A stretch of DNA of 64,000 nt from contig JAHBAE010000036.1 in assembly GCA_018384485.1 (NCBI GenBank), positions 649-64,648 on the forward strand, read 5' to 3'. Numbering within the stretch: position 1 is the first letter of the stretch; each line of letters opens with the position of its first letter. The position numbers were made by a program, and so were the translations under genes. This stretch comes from Kiritimatiellia bacterium (GTDB taxonomy: Bacteria > Verrucomicrobiota > Kiritimatiellia > RFP12 > UBA1067). Positions 27,501 to 42,500 of this stretch are shown in pieces. Below the pieces are notes generated by a model. The model saw only the letters and a list, made by a program, of their open reading frames with translations, was not told where the DNA came from and did no database searches.

Positions 27501-30500
27501 TGGCCTACCTTGCGGAAGTAGTCAACGCACGCGCCATCGGTGCGAGCATTGCGCGGATCGAGCGAGTGGAACTGGAAGACCTCGCTGATGAGGTATTCGG
27601 CATAGTTCGAAAGTCCATCTCCGTCTGCATCACGCTCTGCCTCGTCGCCCTTGAGCATATACTTCCAGGCATAGAAGTCGGAGATGTTGTCGCCATCCGT
27701 ATCAGGATCGAACGGATTCGTAGGCTCCGCTCCTCCATCGTACTCAAGAAGGTTGGAAAGACCATCGCCGTCAATATCGCCATTGCGGTCGTTATAGTTC
27801 CAAGGTGAGAAGACAACCTTTTCATCTGTCAAGTCGTCAACGTGGCAGATGAGACCGTCCTTAATGCCATCGGGCTTGAACATCATATAGAGTTCCCAGC
27901 CATCCGGCAGGCCGTCACCCTGACCACCTTCAACTGCGTCAGCATCGACAAGCGTATCAGAAAGAGCATATTCGTTAGCATTCGTAACTCCGAGCACCTT
28001 TATGAAATAGTCTTTCAAATACTTCTTGTCGCGCGAAGTAAATTCCTTCGTGTTGAGAGTATCGCCAAGCGGCATATTTCCATTCGCCGTTCTTGGATCG
28101 AAGCCGAAGTAATCAAGTACCTGCGCATGGACGAGTACAAGGTCGGCATTCATTGTAGAAACAACCTTTTCAGGTGCATTCGCAGCAAACGTTACATTCG
28201 TTCCAAGCGCAAGGCTACCACCGTAATAATATGTGGAAGCGAGCTCAAGTTCCGAAAGCGGTGTTCCAACAGAAACACCAACACTTGTAACATTGGAAGA
28301 GGCGGGCTCTGTGATAACAGCATACCACACAGCTTCGTTAATGCCATTCGTTACGGAAACGAGCTGGAACGGAACCTCTGCATACGCCATTACGCCCGCA
28401 GTGGTCGACACGATGGGGCCTACATCGGAAATCTCAATATCCTTTGCACCCTCAATATGGAAGTTGTATCCAACCGTAAGACCGATGTCATAGATCCCAG
28501 CATGATCTATGAACTCCTCTTCACGGTCAAGAACACCATTATCATTCCAGTCTGTATCCTGGAGATAAATCGTGTTCGTGACGGAAACTGTTTCTGCGGC
28601 GACAACGGACATCGCCGTAAAGCCGTTCGTGACAGAGCCGAGAGACGTCAAGTAGCCCCAGGTATCATACGGAGCACGATAGCCGGCGTTAACGCGCCCG
28701 TCAGCGGAGTCTTTTACATACCATGCAGCAACATAGTATTTTGAGCCCTCTCTAAGGCCTGTAACTTCGATAGCGGATGTAGATGCCTTATCGTCGACGT
28801 AGGCAACAGGTTCTGCGAGGTCTTCAGTATCATAGACTGCCACAGAAACGCCTTCTGTAAACGCCACGCCAAGCGGATGAACTACATTAACTGCGATCTT
28901 GCCTTTACGCTCAGCTGCCTTATTAATTGAGAATGTCGCCTCCTCTGACCACTCGTCTGTGGTCGGCTGAACAAAGTCGAACTTATCATTACCAAGCAGT
29001 ACCTTGACCTTGCATTTACCTGGATTGAAGGAAATTCCTTGCTCGTCAAACCAATCTTGATCAAGGACGACCACGCCACCAGATGCTGGCGGAATAAGGA
29101 AGCCGTTATGATACTTCCCATCTTTCGTTCTATCATTTATTGCAAGCCAGAAACGCGTATTCGCATAACCGTCAGTCGGCACAGTGAAGGAGATTGTTAC
29201 ATTGCCGACGGTAGAATCAGCCGTGCCCCAAACTTTTGCCTTGTCGCGCTTATTGGAGTAGCGGACAGTAAACTCTTCATTTACCTGGTACGGCCCAAAG
29301 ACCTTCACTTCACCGTTTGAAACGACTACATAATTATTGAGGTTGGTGACATTAAGAGATGTAAGCTCATCCTTCTTAAGGTGGACGATTTCATATGTCA
29401 CCTCTTCAATATTCTCAAGAGCATATCCAAGCGAATTGGCATGTTCAGCAAGATACTTATCAAGGCCGGTATGCTCGGTCGTGAAATACTCGACAGGATA
29501 TACCGCCTCCCTCGCCTGATTGTTCGGGAGATAGAAGTAAACAGCACCTGCAACCTGGTTCATAAGCGGCTCACCGTTAATCTTCGAACGGACGAGAGCT
29601 ACGACAGAATTTTCATTTGTCGCATTGACACGCACGAGCGGATACGTATAGGACTCGTATGCCCCAAGGCGAATCGTTGTCCTAATATCAGAATATCCGA
29701 CAACTGCTTCGGAAGTTCCAAACACCTCGCCGGGCGAACACTTGCCGTCACCGTTTTCATCGATGTAGGCTACAAACCTCGCAGGCCCCTGCTTGATTGT
29801 GCCGCGAGCGGCAGTCTTCGCGCGAACATAAGCTACGCCGGCATCAAAGGCCGCCTTAGCAGTATAACTTGCAGTGAGCTGCTCGCCATACTCCGGATAG
29901 AACGAAGACTTCTGCCAGACGTCGACTACAACATCGGCCTGACCGTTCCCCGCCCACTTGAACGTGAAGTTGACCTGCGGCTCAGGAATTGAGAAGTTGG
30001 AAGTTTCCAAGCTTGATGAGGACTTCTCGAGAATCGCTCTCTTCATTGCCTCGATTCCGCCGTGTCCAGCGATAATCGCACCAAGAGATTCCTCCTCTGT
30101 ATGGCCAAGCTGATTAACATGGAAGTCAACAAGCTCTGCTTCCGTTACACCTTCATAACCTTCGAACATCACATAAGTATACTTATTGGCAATGCTCAAT
30201 TCTTCGGAGATTTCCTCTTCCTTGTCCTTAAGCTGCTCGGCATAAGTATAGCGAACGATCGACCAGACATCCCAGCCAGACTGGAAGAGATCGCGCGTAC
30301 CCGCATTTCTGAGGTCGGCAATTTCAAGCTCGGCTCTTGCTGCAGGCTCGACGAACTCGCCGCCGTTGTAGATGGCGCCAAGGTAAGAGCCGCTTGCGGC
30401 ACGGAAGTAATCGGGCGTTACGCCATCCGACCAAGCGTTCTCAGGATCGATATCGGCGAGCGAATCCATATCGCGATAGTACGCCCACATTTCCTGAACA

Positions 30501-33500
30501 TTGCTGATAAGGTCAATATCCCAGTCATCATCGTAATCCTCGGCCGTTATTCCGAAGCGGCGGGCGCGAGCGTCCGTGAACTTAGCCGCATCCGAAGGAA
30601 CGACCCCGCTAAGAAGAAGTTCGTCATAGACGGAGTACATATTCCAGGGGTCGGAAGGATTCTTGCCCTGAGCGTATTCATCTACGAGAGAAAGCCCGTC
30701 GGCATCGAGGTCTGCATTGCGATCAGCGTACTTCCAAGGATTGATGGGCGCGGACGACGGAGTTGCGTACTGCGACGCAGCCGCCGTAGTGTTCGTCCCG
30801 AACATAAGGTAAAGCTCCCAACCATCGGCGACGCCGTCACGGTCGTTATCGGTGTCGTTCGGCTTAAGCGTAAAGTCTTTCCAAGCCTTCGTCTGATTCA
30901 TCGCCTCTTCAGACGCAGCTGTAAAGCCTATCGCGGCAAAGTACCTAACAAGCATATACTTGTCAAGCGCGGTAAACGCCTTGGTGTTCTTATCAGCAGG
31001 GTCAATCGCCGTCGACTGGCTGTAGCCGAATTCATCATAGACCTGCGCATGGACGAGAGCCACATCAACATTCGCGATGGCGTCAATCAGGAAGTCGGCG
31101 CCTGCGAGGATATTTGTTCCGAGGCCAGCGTACGTCACCGTGACTGTATTCGTGAGCGTTTCATCCGGCACGATCGTCATGTAATCGTAGGTCGTGATAA
31201 GTACGTTTGCAGGAATGACATCGCCGACACGATAGACACTGTTCGTATCGCGGACGAGATACTTGATTCCGTCCTTGTTTGTCACCATGCGGTAAATGCC
31301 GTTCGTCACCGTGAACGCCATATAGTCGCCCTTGGTAAGAGTATCGGCATCGGCAAGGAGCGGGTCGGTATCGGCGAAGCGCGCTTCCCAACCGTCGGGA
31401 AGGCCGTCGCCATCAGTATCCCACTTCTGCTTGTTGGTGTAAGTGTCTCCCGTCTCCTCGTCGCCCGTAAGGCCGTCGAGATCGACATCGGAAGTATCGG
31501 AACCGGACGCCGTGGCGGATGCTGCTACGGTAAGAATGTTCTCAGCTTGATTCCAGTCAAGAACTCCGTCGCGGTTGACATCTGTGTCTTCCATATACAC
31601 ATCAACAGAAGCTGCCTTGGCGCTTGATGGATCGACCTTCGCGCCGGACGGCGTCCAGATGTGAGGTAACGACGCGCCAACCTGAGCGGAGTAACCCCAC
31701 GTCTCATAGGCGTCGCGCACGGCATTGCCGTTGCGGTCGATGAAGGCAACCGCGAAATACTCATCCTCATCAAGGCCGCAGAACGAAACTGTCACCGCAT
31801 TTGTAAGTGAGTTCGCAGGAGCCGTGAAGTCGCTAGATGTAAGGCGCGACTGCGCGGCAGGTACTCCAGAGTAGTCTGCATTGCGGAAGAGCTGGACGAT
31901 GACGCTTGAAAGCGCATTCGTTGCAGGCCCGAAGTAACGCACAGAAACGGTTGCCGTTCCACGACGCGTTGAGAAGTCGTTAGCCTCGGCAAGTTTCGTC
32001 TTGAAGGAAGCGAAATCGCTCCATACAGACTCAGCGTCGTTAGTGTTCGAGAACTTCGCGTTGTACATCGCAACGCGCCACTTGTAGGACGAGTTGTTGT
32101 TGAGCACCCACGCGTCATTCAAGGAGTTTGTTCCGATAAAGACGGGAGCCGTCCAAATAAACCTGCCAGAAGCGTCGGCGGGCGGAAGCGCCATCAGAGG
32201 TGAATTGTAAACGGCTTCTGCTCCACCCTCTTCCCAGATCTGGAGGCGGAACGCCGTATACCCCGCGGCACTCGTCCACTTGAACTCGGGGCGCACGGAA
32301 ACAATCGTGCCGTCGACGGCAACCGAAGGCGAATAAGCCGTTGGCTTCGTGGGCGTAGAGGTATACTCGACGATGAACGTGTCAATAACATCATTGGATG
32401 CGATATTCTGCACCGAACCTTCTCCGCTGACAACGGTGTAGCCGACGGTCGCGACATCCTTAAGCGAGACGCCTTCCATCGCCATAATATCCGCGCGCAG
32501 GCTCGTCCAGTCGAGGCCAAACTTGTTGTTTGTCAAAAGGTCGCCTTCGTAAACAGTCTTGCGCTTGACGTCGGAGGCTGTACGGCTGTAGACGATGCGG
32601 CGCTTGACGCCTTCCTCTTCACCGTTGATAGACGTACGGATAATGCGCAGCGTCTCAACATCGTCGCCGAACGCAAAGCGCTTGCCTGCCGCGACTGAAG
32701 TATCGGTCAGCTCTATTGAGAGAGAAGGAACTTGATCCCATCCGATTGCCACGTCCTTGGCGATGCCGATAGGTTCTACACCAGGCGTGAATTCACCGTT
32801 ACCGTCAATGTCGATAAACGCGACAAACGAAGCCGTGCCCTCAGTAAGGCTGCCTTTGTCGGGAGTTGCCAACGAGATGTTGAGGCACTTTGTCTGCTCT
32901 GCAGGAATCTTCGCCTGATAAGCGATGCGGAAGAAATGCTGCGGAAGCGCGATAAGCGTATCAGCCATAATGTAATTCTGCAGATCCTTGAGGTTGAGAT
33001 CAAAGTCTCCCGTCACAAGGTCTATTGTGCCGACGCGCTTGTTATCAAGGAGCATATAGCCCTTCATCGTCTGATCGTCAGAACTTATCTGAAGGATACC
33101 GTGCGTCCCGACGGAATTCATCGCTATCTGCCATTCGAACGGGGCTGCCGAGACAACGCAATTTTTACCGTATGTCGTCCAAGCCTTCCACATCTCCTCA
33201 TAAGTACCGGTATAAATCGTCTCAGTCGCCTCATCCCCTTCGCCAGCCTTAATCGTCCAGCTGAACTTATCGTTAGGTTGTGCGTGCGCTACTTCAAGCG
33301 AAATCGTATCAAGAGAATTGACGATCCACCCAGGCGTGAGCGTTCCGTGGACAACGCGATCATCGTAGAAGCCGAGGTACACATAACGCGTTTCTGCCGC
33401 GCCAGGCGTTACATTATATGTGGCGCTCGGCTCGTTTTGGAGATTGCCGCCCGAATAAGCCTGAATGACAATAGGAGCGGTAGAGCCCACATTCACCTTC

Positions 33501-36500
33501 GTGCCGTTATAGCGCAGTGTCGCATGGACGACGGGGACGGGATAATCCTTAACTTCCTCGGAGCCTGCAAGATGCGATACGAACTTCTGAGCAATCGACT
33601 GCTTGTAGTTGGAGTAGCGCATTTCGCTCCATGCGGACCAACCATCCTCGTCGGCGTCTGTATTGGCGTCATAACGCGTGCGGTCAAGGCCGTTGGCGTC
33701 TTCCTCAAGGTCTTCCATGAAGTCATGGTCGGCGTAGACTTCACCAAGGTAGACATTTTCTCCTTTTTCATTCTTAATCTGGAGGAAGTAGTCGACAACA
33801 TCCTCGCTTACGGAATGCGAAAGCGTCGGATCAAGCGGATAGCGGCTGTCGCGCTCGGAGATTATATACTCCTGATAATTGGAGAGACCGTCATTGTCGG
33901 GGTCGGCAGTTGCGTCAGCCTTTGAACCGGTGTCGATCTTGTAGAGGTCTTCCCACCAATCGGGAATGCCATCGCCATCAAGATCGCGCGTATCGGCAAA
34001 CTCAGGATGCTTTTCGCCATCTGAAAGCATACCTGCGGCAAGGTCTCTTAAGTAAGCCTGCCATGCAGGCATCTTTACTCCGTTATAATAGACATCTGTC
34101 GTCCAAGTTACCTTCGTAAGCGGATTGTTCGAATCATTGTAATTTAGAAGAGCAAGGTTTGACCACCAGTCAGGGAGATTGTCGTTGTCAGCGTCTGCAC
34201 CTGTCTGCGCCCACGCGTCAGCTGCGGTACCATCATCCCACATACCGCCTTCTGCCGCGGAAATGCGCTTAGGATAAGCGCCGCCGAGCGGCAAGAGATC
34301 AAAGCCCTCGAGCAAGCGATGACGCATTGTGAAGACATACTGGCTCATTTTGTCGGGATCATTTTCAACCCAATTAAGGCGCCTGTCTATGCCGTAATAG
34401 CTGGAGCCACCGCTGGATTCGTCGTCAGATTCGCTATTGGAACTGCTATCACTTTCTTCTTCCCTATTTGCGCCGACAAGCACCTGCCTTGCACGGCTGT
34501 ACGGCTCCATAGTCCTCGGGAAGTCAAATTTCGCGTAATTGAACTGAGCTGCAGGCTTGCCTCCGAGAAGATCCTCGCTCCAATACTTCGAGTCAACTGT
34601 AGTTCCATCCATACGCGGCAAGTGACCGACCGTATCAGAAATCCACGGCACCCATGCAGTATTGCTATAGTTAGTCGACTTTACGAACACGGAATTCCAC
34701 CAGGGATTGACCCAACCGATAGGCCTCGACCAAACAGCCTTCGCTCCAATATCAAAGGCCGTATCAAACCCTGCCGGAGTTGCCATAATATCTTCTGAGG
34801 TTGCCGCACCGGGAATATGGTCGAAGTTCCAATGGCGCTTCAACTCGGCTGGAAGCATATTTTTCGTAGACGGAGCGCGATTGGTAATGCCCTTCTTCCA
34901 GACTTCCCAAACGGCCTGACGGTTAGCGAGCGCATCCTCGCGCGTGAAACGCTTACGATAGTTCTCGCGGATCTCGCTCTCGCTACGAGCGCCATCCCAA
35001 ATTCTCACTTCGTCAACATACCCCTGATAGTAGTTCTTGTAGTAGGTAAAATCAACAGGGAAGAGTAAGCCCCAACGCCACTGAGCGTCAAAAGCGATAC
35101 CGAAAAATTTATTGACGCTCGCGCCAATGAGGACAACTGGCTTACCGGCAGCCGTCCCTGAGTATCCTGTAGTACCTTCCTTAAGCTTACCGACCGCATC
35201 AATGGCGACGGCGGAAGTTCCGTGCTCAGGCTGAACTCCAGTCTTAAGCTGCCTGTACTTCGTGCCGTTGATGTAAAGGCACAAGTACTCTCCATCGAAT
35301 GTAGCGGCAACGTGCGTCCAATTCGTCGTGGCTTCAGGGCCATTGAGAATCTCCTGAGGATCATTCTTGTCGGTGCCTGCCGAATCATACTTAGTATACC
35401 AGCGGCCGTTCTTAAGGCCGATGAGGAAGTTCTTTCTAAGAAGCTCAGCGTCTCCGAGATTCGACGGTCCCGTGTAAATCGCGCGTTCAACGACCGTCTG
35501 CTCACGCGTCAAATCACCCTCGGGCTTTGCCCAGCATTCGACCGTGTAGTAGAAGAACGGCAGATCAACTCCCGTCGGCAGCGGACGCGGCGGAACTTCC
35601 GAAACTTCAATCGTCGTTTCAAGGAAGGCATCTTCACCTGGGAACCACATCGCCTGACGGCGGAGCGGCGAATCGGAATTGCGGACATCGGACGAGCTCT
35701 TCGTCTTGCCGGCAACCTCATCGTAGTCGCTCAAATAGTCGTGGTCGGTATCATAACCTTCATTTTCTTCGAAGCTCCAGGCGACATCCAAAGCGTTCCA
35801 CCTGTTAACCTTGCATGCAGAGATGGTAAGATTGTTGCCTTCATCGGTCTTTTCCCAGTGAAAACCCGGGAAATCATTGAAATAATATCTGTTCGTGGTT
35901 ACGGGATCTGTAAAGTACTCGGGGCAGCCGTTAATTATAAACTTTGTAGTTTCCGTAGGAACATAGTAACGATATGTAAGCGACCCGCTATAACCGAAAT
36001 CTGTCATCCAAAGAGGCGTTGGATCGGAATGGAGCCATGTCGACTGGCCCTGCATATCCGTCATGATCGCCTCTGTCTGGTTGCGCAAGTTATCGCCATC
36101 AGCGTCAGCAGCCGCAAGACCATTAAGCCACGGGTACGCCTCGAAGTCATAATTGTTTGCAGGCGTCTTGCGAGCCGGAAGCCTATGATGTGGTTTCGGC
36201 TGGCCCATCCAATAGTTCCTTGTGGCAGACGCCTTCTGATTTTTAGATTTTCCGCCCGGTATACCATCGTACGCAATAAAGACAATGTCGAGCGCGGGCT
36301 CATTTCCGTTGTCAATCTGCCCTGCGGCGCCGAGCAAGGGATTCATACCATGATAAAGTTCATAGTAGTCGTCCATGGCATCATTATCCGTGTCCTTCTT
36401 TGTAGGATCGCAGCAAATGTACTTTGTAGGATAAATGATGTAATCCGGGTGCGCACCAAAGTAATAAACCTTGCCTCCGTCCCCTATGCTCATATCTATC

Positions 36501-39500
36501 AAGGGATCTCCCGAAGGATCGTTATCATCTTCAAGAACCATAGATTCAAGGAAGGGCCTCCACGTGAAGCGGTTACATTGCACGACCTCATTTAGATGGA
36601 TAATCTGCCACTCTTCACCCGGATTTTTAAGGTCATGGTTGATGCCGTCGGCAAACATATACCAGCCGCCGTACGCCGGATCCCAAGAATTTTCACAGTA
36701 GGAGAAATAGCTACTGCTGGGGTCGAAATGACCGTGAACCATAATGCGGGGATTGTAATTTTCATGCTGACCGTCAATTCTTAAGCCATCACCGCCGTCG
36801 GAGAGCAGCCGCTCTGAGAAGTATCTGTTAAACTCGTTCGTACTTGAAAGCGCAACAGCCAAGTCTAACGGATCGAAATAATGGCTATCCCACGACGAGA
36901 TCGTGTCGTCATAGCGCCAGCAACGCATAGCGCCGACGAGGTATTCCTGCCAGTTCAAAAGGCCGTCGTTATCATAGTCGAGCCGAGCATCGTCTGTCGT
37001 TCCGTCCATGCCGCCAGACCACGAGCCTTCGCCCCTTGTTACTGTTATCGTGTTGTTCGTAACTCCGGTAGTTTGATCAACTGTAACGGAAGAACTTGTT
37101 GAAGTTTCGCCAGGCGTATAGATACCTGCAAATTGAACTTCCCACGGGTCAGGCAGGCCGTCAAGGTCGGTATCCCAAGAAAGCGGGTTAAGTCCGCCGC
37201 CCGAGCCCGGGCCTACGGCAGGCCCGTAAAGGAAGTGCGTCATTTCCTCTGCGTCACTAATACCGTCACCGTCGGTATCCTCCTGATTCGGGTCAGTAGG
37301 CCATTTCTTGTTTGTCCACTCAGGGTGAATATTGCCTGCAAGAATCGTTTCGCAATCTGCGTATGCGGCAGTAGATTCAACGCCTGCAAACTCTTCAGCC
37401 CTTGTAAAGCCCTTTTCGGTGCCATCAGCATAAAGCGGAGAGCCTACAGCCATTTCGCTATCGCGCAGCCTGTAATTATAAGCCCTCTCGCCTTTATACG
37501 GGCTTTCATCATCGCTGATATATTGCGGCTTGGCTGCAAAGAGATACGCTTCCCAGCCGTCAGGAGTGCCGTCGCCGTCTGTATCGGCATTGTTCGGATT
37601 TGTGCAGAACTTCTGCCACAGCGCAACACGAGTGCCAGCATCGCGGCTCGGCGTAAGATCTCTTGAAGAGAGAGCGTAGCCGCCGGCCCAAAGCGTTGAG
37701 CCTGATGCATAGTAATAAGTGTCGCGATGAATGAAAATGGGATACATGAACTCATCGTAGTGAGTGAAGAGCGATGTCTCGACACCTCCTGCGATTCTCC
37801 ATGCGGTGCGCGGATCAAACGCCTTAGAGTCAACCCAAACCCTCCTCGTGCCGTCCTTGTTTTCCTTAGCAAGGCCGTGATACTGGTAAACGTGGTGATG
37901 GAGAAGCGCAACGCTCTTTTGCGCAATGGGCTCAACTACTTTAGCCCCTTCCGGCAAGAAGTTAGCGAGCATCGCACCATACATCTCCTGCCCAAGGACG
38001 AGCTTGCCCGCAGTGTTGTATTTCCAAACCGAGTGCGCTCTTACCGGCGTTTCTAACAACTCGCACTCGACAACATCAACATCTTCCACGTGGAACGTGA
38101 CCGGCATGCCGGGATCCAAAGAAACGTTCTCGCCGAGTATCACCGTATCTCCCTGTATCGTACACTTGAACGTTGTTGTTGCGGGCAGATACTTTGCAAG
38201 ATATTCCTTCCCTTCTACAATTTCAGTGCCAAAGAACTTGCTGTAGGAAACATCAGCCTCGCTCGTTACATAAGTATTTGTCACAAGTCCATCGGGAGAA
38301 ACGTAGCCGATAAGCGTCATCTTCCCATACGGAATGTTCGTGACGGAGAAGATTTCGCCGTAGATAAGCGCAAAGCGCTCCACTCCGCTTCCCTTCTTAA
38401 CGCCGATTACGGGCACCTCGTCAAGGACGAGTTCCGCCTTAGCGTCATTGTCCGGGTTCGCTGCTCCATCACCGCCAACTGAGTTGATGGAAGAGTACAA
38501 AAGCGGATCAGACTCGGTGATGAACACTTCAAAGCCGTCAGGAAGTCCGTCGCCATCGGAGTCGAAATCAAGAGGATTCGTTCCAAGCGCGATTTCAACA
38601 AGATCTGTAATTCCATCGCCGTCGGTATCGGCATACTTAAGAGCGTCGTTAGGCACATTCGGGTTGTAAATCGCCTCTACCGCCTCTGGAGAAATCTTGA
38701 TGGGCTCGGCGGGATTCAGCTCGTTGTATTTGCGCCCTTCAAAGCGGCGATATTCGCCGTCCGCGTCAATGTAGCCGACGTGAGCGCGATACCAGATGTA
38801 ATATTCGTAGCCGTCCGGCACTCCGTCATCGTCGGAATCAGCGAGTGTCGGGTCTGTCGGGTTTTCAGGCGACCAGAGCTTCCATGTTTCCTCCGCCGTG
38901 GCGTCCTTTCCGTTCTTGGCGCTCCAGCAGAGGAACGCGAGATATTCTATCTCGGAAAGTGTTGAGGAAGTATCTGTGCGAGGGTCGGTATAACGCCTTT
39001 CGCTCGATGCCCTCTTAACGCCCAGAATTACTGCCGCGTCATTGAGGTTCTGATTCCAACCGCGCACCTCGAGGCGGGCGGAGAAGGGAACGCCGTTCTC
39101 GATCCAGTCGGCCGAAGTGCCAGGAAGGAATTTCGTATAAACTGCGTTTTCGCCGGCGGGCAGGTAATCACCGTCATCATTGAAGCTCGTAAGCTTCACC
39201 ATATCGTTGCCCTGAAGCGAACCATCATCGGCATAAATGCCAAAACCGGGATGGTTCTTTACGATCACGTCAGGAATACCGTCGGCGTTAATGTCGCCGA
39301 GGTTGTCGGAAGCGTAAAGTTCGCGCGAGAAGATGGCTTGCACTTCAATCTGCGAATATCCCGTCCCTTCCTCCTTCTCGTTATCAAGCGAAGGATAAAA
39401 CGACTGAGCCGCGCTGGGGCTTGTGGCAGGCGCCGGCGGCTGAACAGTCATCGTCGTTTCATCGGCACCCTTATAAAGCCAGCAATAGAAGTAGCTGTCA

Positions 39501-42500
39501 AAATCGCTCTTGAAATTGAAGCGCTCCTGTCCCGTCGTCCACTTGCCGCCTTGACTATTAGGCTCTGCCGCCTTGTTAAAGCCTGCTGCAATGCCTAAAT
39601 TGCCGTCATCGAACGTATTCGTTGCGGCCGCAGGATAACCTGCCGCGAAAAGCGATGCCTTTGTCGCCGTCTCGCTGTACATCCACGTCTGCGCAAACTG
39701 ACGCATCGTGTACTGCCCTGTGGAGTTCTCGACATAAATGTGACCCCAGCCGAGGCCCGGCGCCGAGCCATACTTTGAAGCCGAGTCTGTGGAAGGCCCG
39801 CAGGGGATGACGATGACGTCCTTCGTGGGAATTACATGAATGGAAAAGGTGTAGACCGCCTCGCCGCCGTTGCCGTCACGCGCGGTAACAGTAACGAGAG
39901 TGTACTCGGAAGAAGGAACTGTAAACTCATAATCGCCTGAGGCAGTAGCCTTGCAGGGGCTGCGGCCGTCGAAGGTAATATTCTTAACTGCATCCTTTAC
40001 CTTGACTGAACGCTTGTTGTTCACGTCGATAATCGTCCAGGAGATGGAGGCGGTATCGTTCGTCACGTCGGGAGCGATATCGGTAAATTCCCATTTAAGT
40101 TTCACCTTCTCGCCCGCTGTCCATTCGTTGGTGCCGCCTTCGTAGCCAGCCCACTCATGAGTATCGGCAACCGTCACATTGAGCGTAGGATGCTCGTTGT
40201 TGAGTTTGATCGGCTGCTCAACGGAAGCATAGTATTCGCTCCATTTCTGATCGGTGCTCGCCATCGTCTCCGTAATGACAGCACCGTAGATTATGTATTC
40301 CGAAGGATCTTCGTTCGGACCGCTGCCGCCGTTTTGAGTGTTAAGGTCAAAATAGACCTTAACGCCATCCTTCGTCGCCGCGCGGGCAGTCTTGAACGTT
40401 ACGACAACACCTTCATCATCATCAATCTGCACGACTCCGTTCGAAGTGAGGTGGAGCGCGGCGTTATCGTTCGGATGGAAATCCGTGGGCAGCGAGACGC
40501 GAACCTGAAGCGGATTAGACGAGCCGAGACGCTCGCGCCCCTCGACAGAAGCCGTAGGCCATTCAGAAACCTTGACAGTGACGTAGTTCATCTTCGCGTT
40601 TGCCGTTTCAGAGAACGTGTCTGTTCCGTTGGGATACTCAATTATGACCGTCGGAACGTATCCCACCGTAACGGTGAACTTGTACTGCTCGCTGCTGAAC
40701 GCGCCGGGATCGTCCTTGAACATATCACGATCCTGCACCTGCAATGTCACCGTCTGCTTCACATTCTCTTCATCAAAGGTGATGGTCGCACGCGCAATGC
40801 CGTTCGTGTCGACGGTAGTAATCATATTCTGGACATAGCGCTCATCCGCCGGGCCGTCCGTCCATATCCACTTCACCCTTGCCGAGCCGTTAGTGAGGTC
40901 GACAATGCCGGGATCTGCAATTTTCACATTGAACTGAACAGGCGTAGTCGCGGAGACTTTACCCATGTACGTTGCGCCGTTTGCAACTTCAATGCGGTTT
41001 GTATCCTCGCCGCCCCAAACGCCCTCGGAAGAAAAGCGCGGAGGCACGTTCGTTACGGTGAGCGTCCATGTGCCGCCCGAAGAATATGTGGAGACGATGT
41101 TGCCGGCAGCATCATTCCAATCCTGACGGTCCTTAAGAACGATTCCGAGGTTCACCTTGCGCCCTTCGACATCGCCGTCGAGAAGCTTGACGCGGGCGTA
41201 GTCGGAATACTGCGCATACGCGCCAGATGTCGTAATCTTAAGGCCGTTCGTCGTGGCCGTAGTGGAAATGAGGTTGGAGCTCGCCTGATCGAGCGGAACG
41301 ATAAACGCGTACATCTCAGTCGCCGAGGCGGACGAAAGAACGGCGCGCAGATAAACAGTCTGGCCTTCTGCGTAGGTCGGGTCGCTATCGACGCCGGCGC
41401 TCGCATCGGTAGACGAGAAGGAGCCCGCCACAACCGTAAGCGGCGCCTTGGCTTCAATAGTAATTTCAACCGGCTCGCTCGAGTTGTTCATCTGATCCCA
41501 AACCTGCACCGTGCCCCTCAAAGGATTGCCTTCGGCAGGAATCACGATCGGGAAGGAAACCTGCTCGTTTTCAGAGAAGGTAACGCCATTCGTGTCGCAG
41601 ACCTTGGAGCCGCCGAGGTAGATTACGACTCTATAGCCGTTCGTATTGTTGGTCGAAAGATCGCGCCAGTTATCGGAAATCATAACATCGACGTTGACCT
41701 TGTCGTTCTTGAAGCCCGTAGAAGGCATGGAAGCCGTAACAACAGGCTTCTGGTCGGTGATTTTGAGAGTTACGCCGCGGTGGGCGCCTTCTTTGAACTG
41801 GTCGTACGCATCAGGATAAGCCGCCTGGTCGATAAGATTCGTGATTGTAACGCCCGTTGTTTTAAGCTCCTTGCATGTGCCGAGAGCATACACATAAAAG
41901 TAAGCCTCCCTCTCACCCTTGGGCATTGTAATTTCCGTAAGCGAAGGAGTGCTTTCAGGGTCGGCACCATCGGAATCGGAAATGAAAATATACTTTTCGG
42001 CGACGGGATCTATCGTCGTAGTGCCGACATTCATCAAAAGCTTCACCTTGACGTCAGAGGCGTCAAAGGACTTGGAGAACGTCATTTTCATGCGCGTTCC
42101 CGTGGTGTATGCGCTCGTAGCTTCAAGCGGAACTGCCCTATTGCCTTCAGCGTCGGAAAGCGTTATAAACGGATCGGGCGCGCCAATTACCCTAATGCGG
42201 CGCGTCACGGTGGAGCCCGCCACAATCTCGCCTGCAGCATTTATGGCAGGCTTCTTCGTTGCGCAAAGGACGATATTCGTAACAGAGCCCTCAGGTGCTG
42301 AAATGCCGCCTTTAAGCTTGAATGTCGCAATACCGCTTGAAGTAAGGGAAATCGGGTATACCTTGTGCGTTACAGGAACTCCCTGAACTTCATAACTTAC
42401 AGTTTCGCCGACAATACCATCGATTGAAACGATATTTTCATCTTCACTCCAGACATAAACAGTCGTCGCCGCGCCCTCCTCGTCAGCCGTGCCGATGATT

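Noticed and set aside
30062-42301. Plus-strand ORFs of 397-714 aa inside the giant gene (30062-31627, 32732-33925, 35222-36595, 40157-42301)
   Set aside because: Antisense to a continuous 18.8-kb ORF with strong domain content. The translations are Arg/Ile/Val-rich with no motifs.
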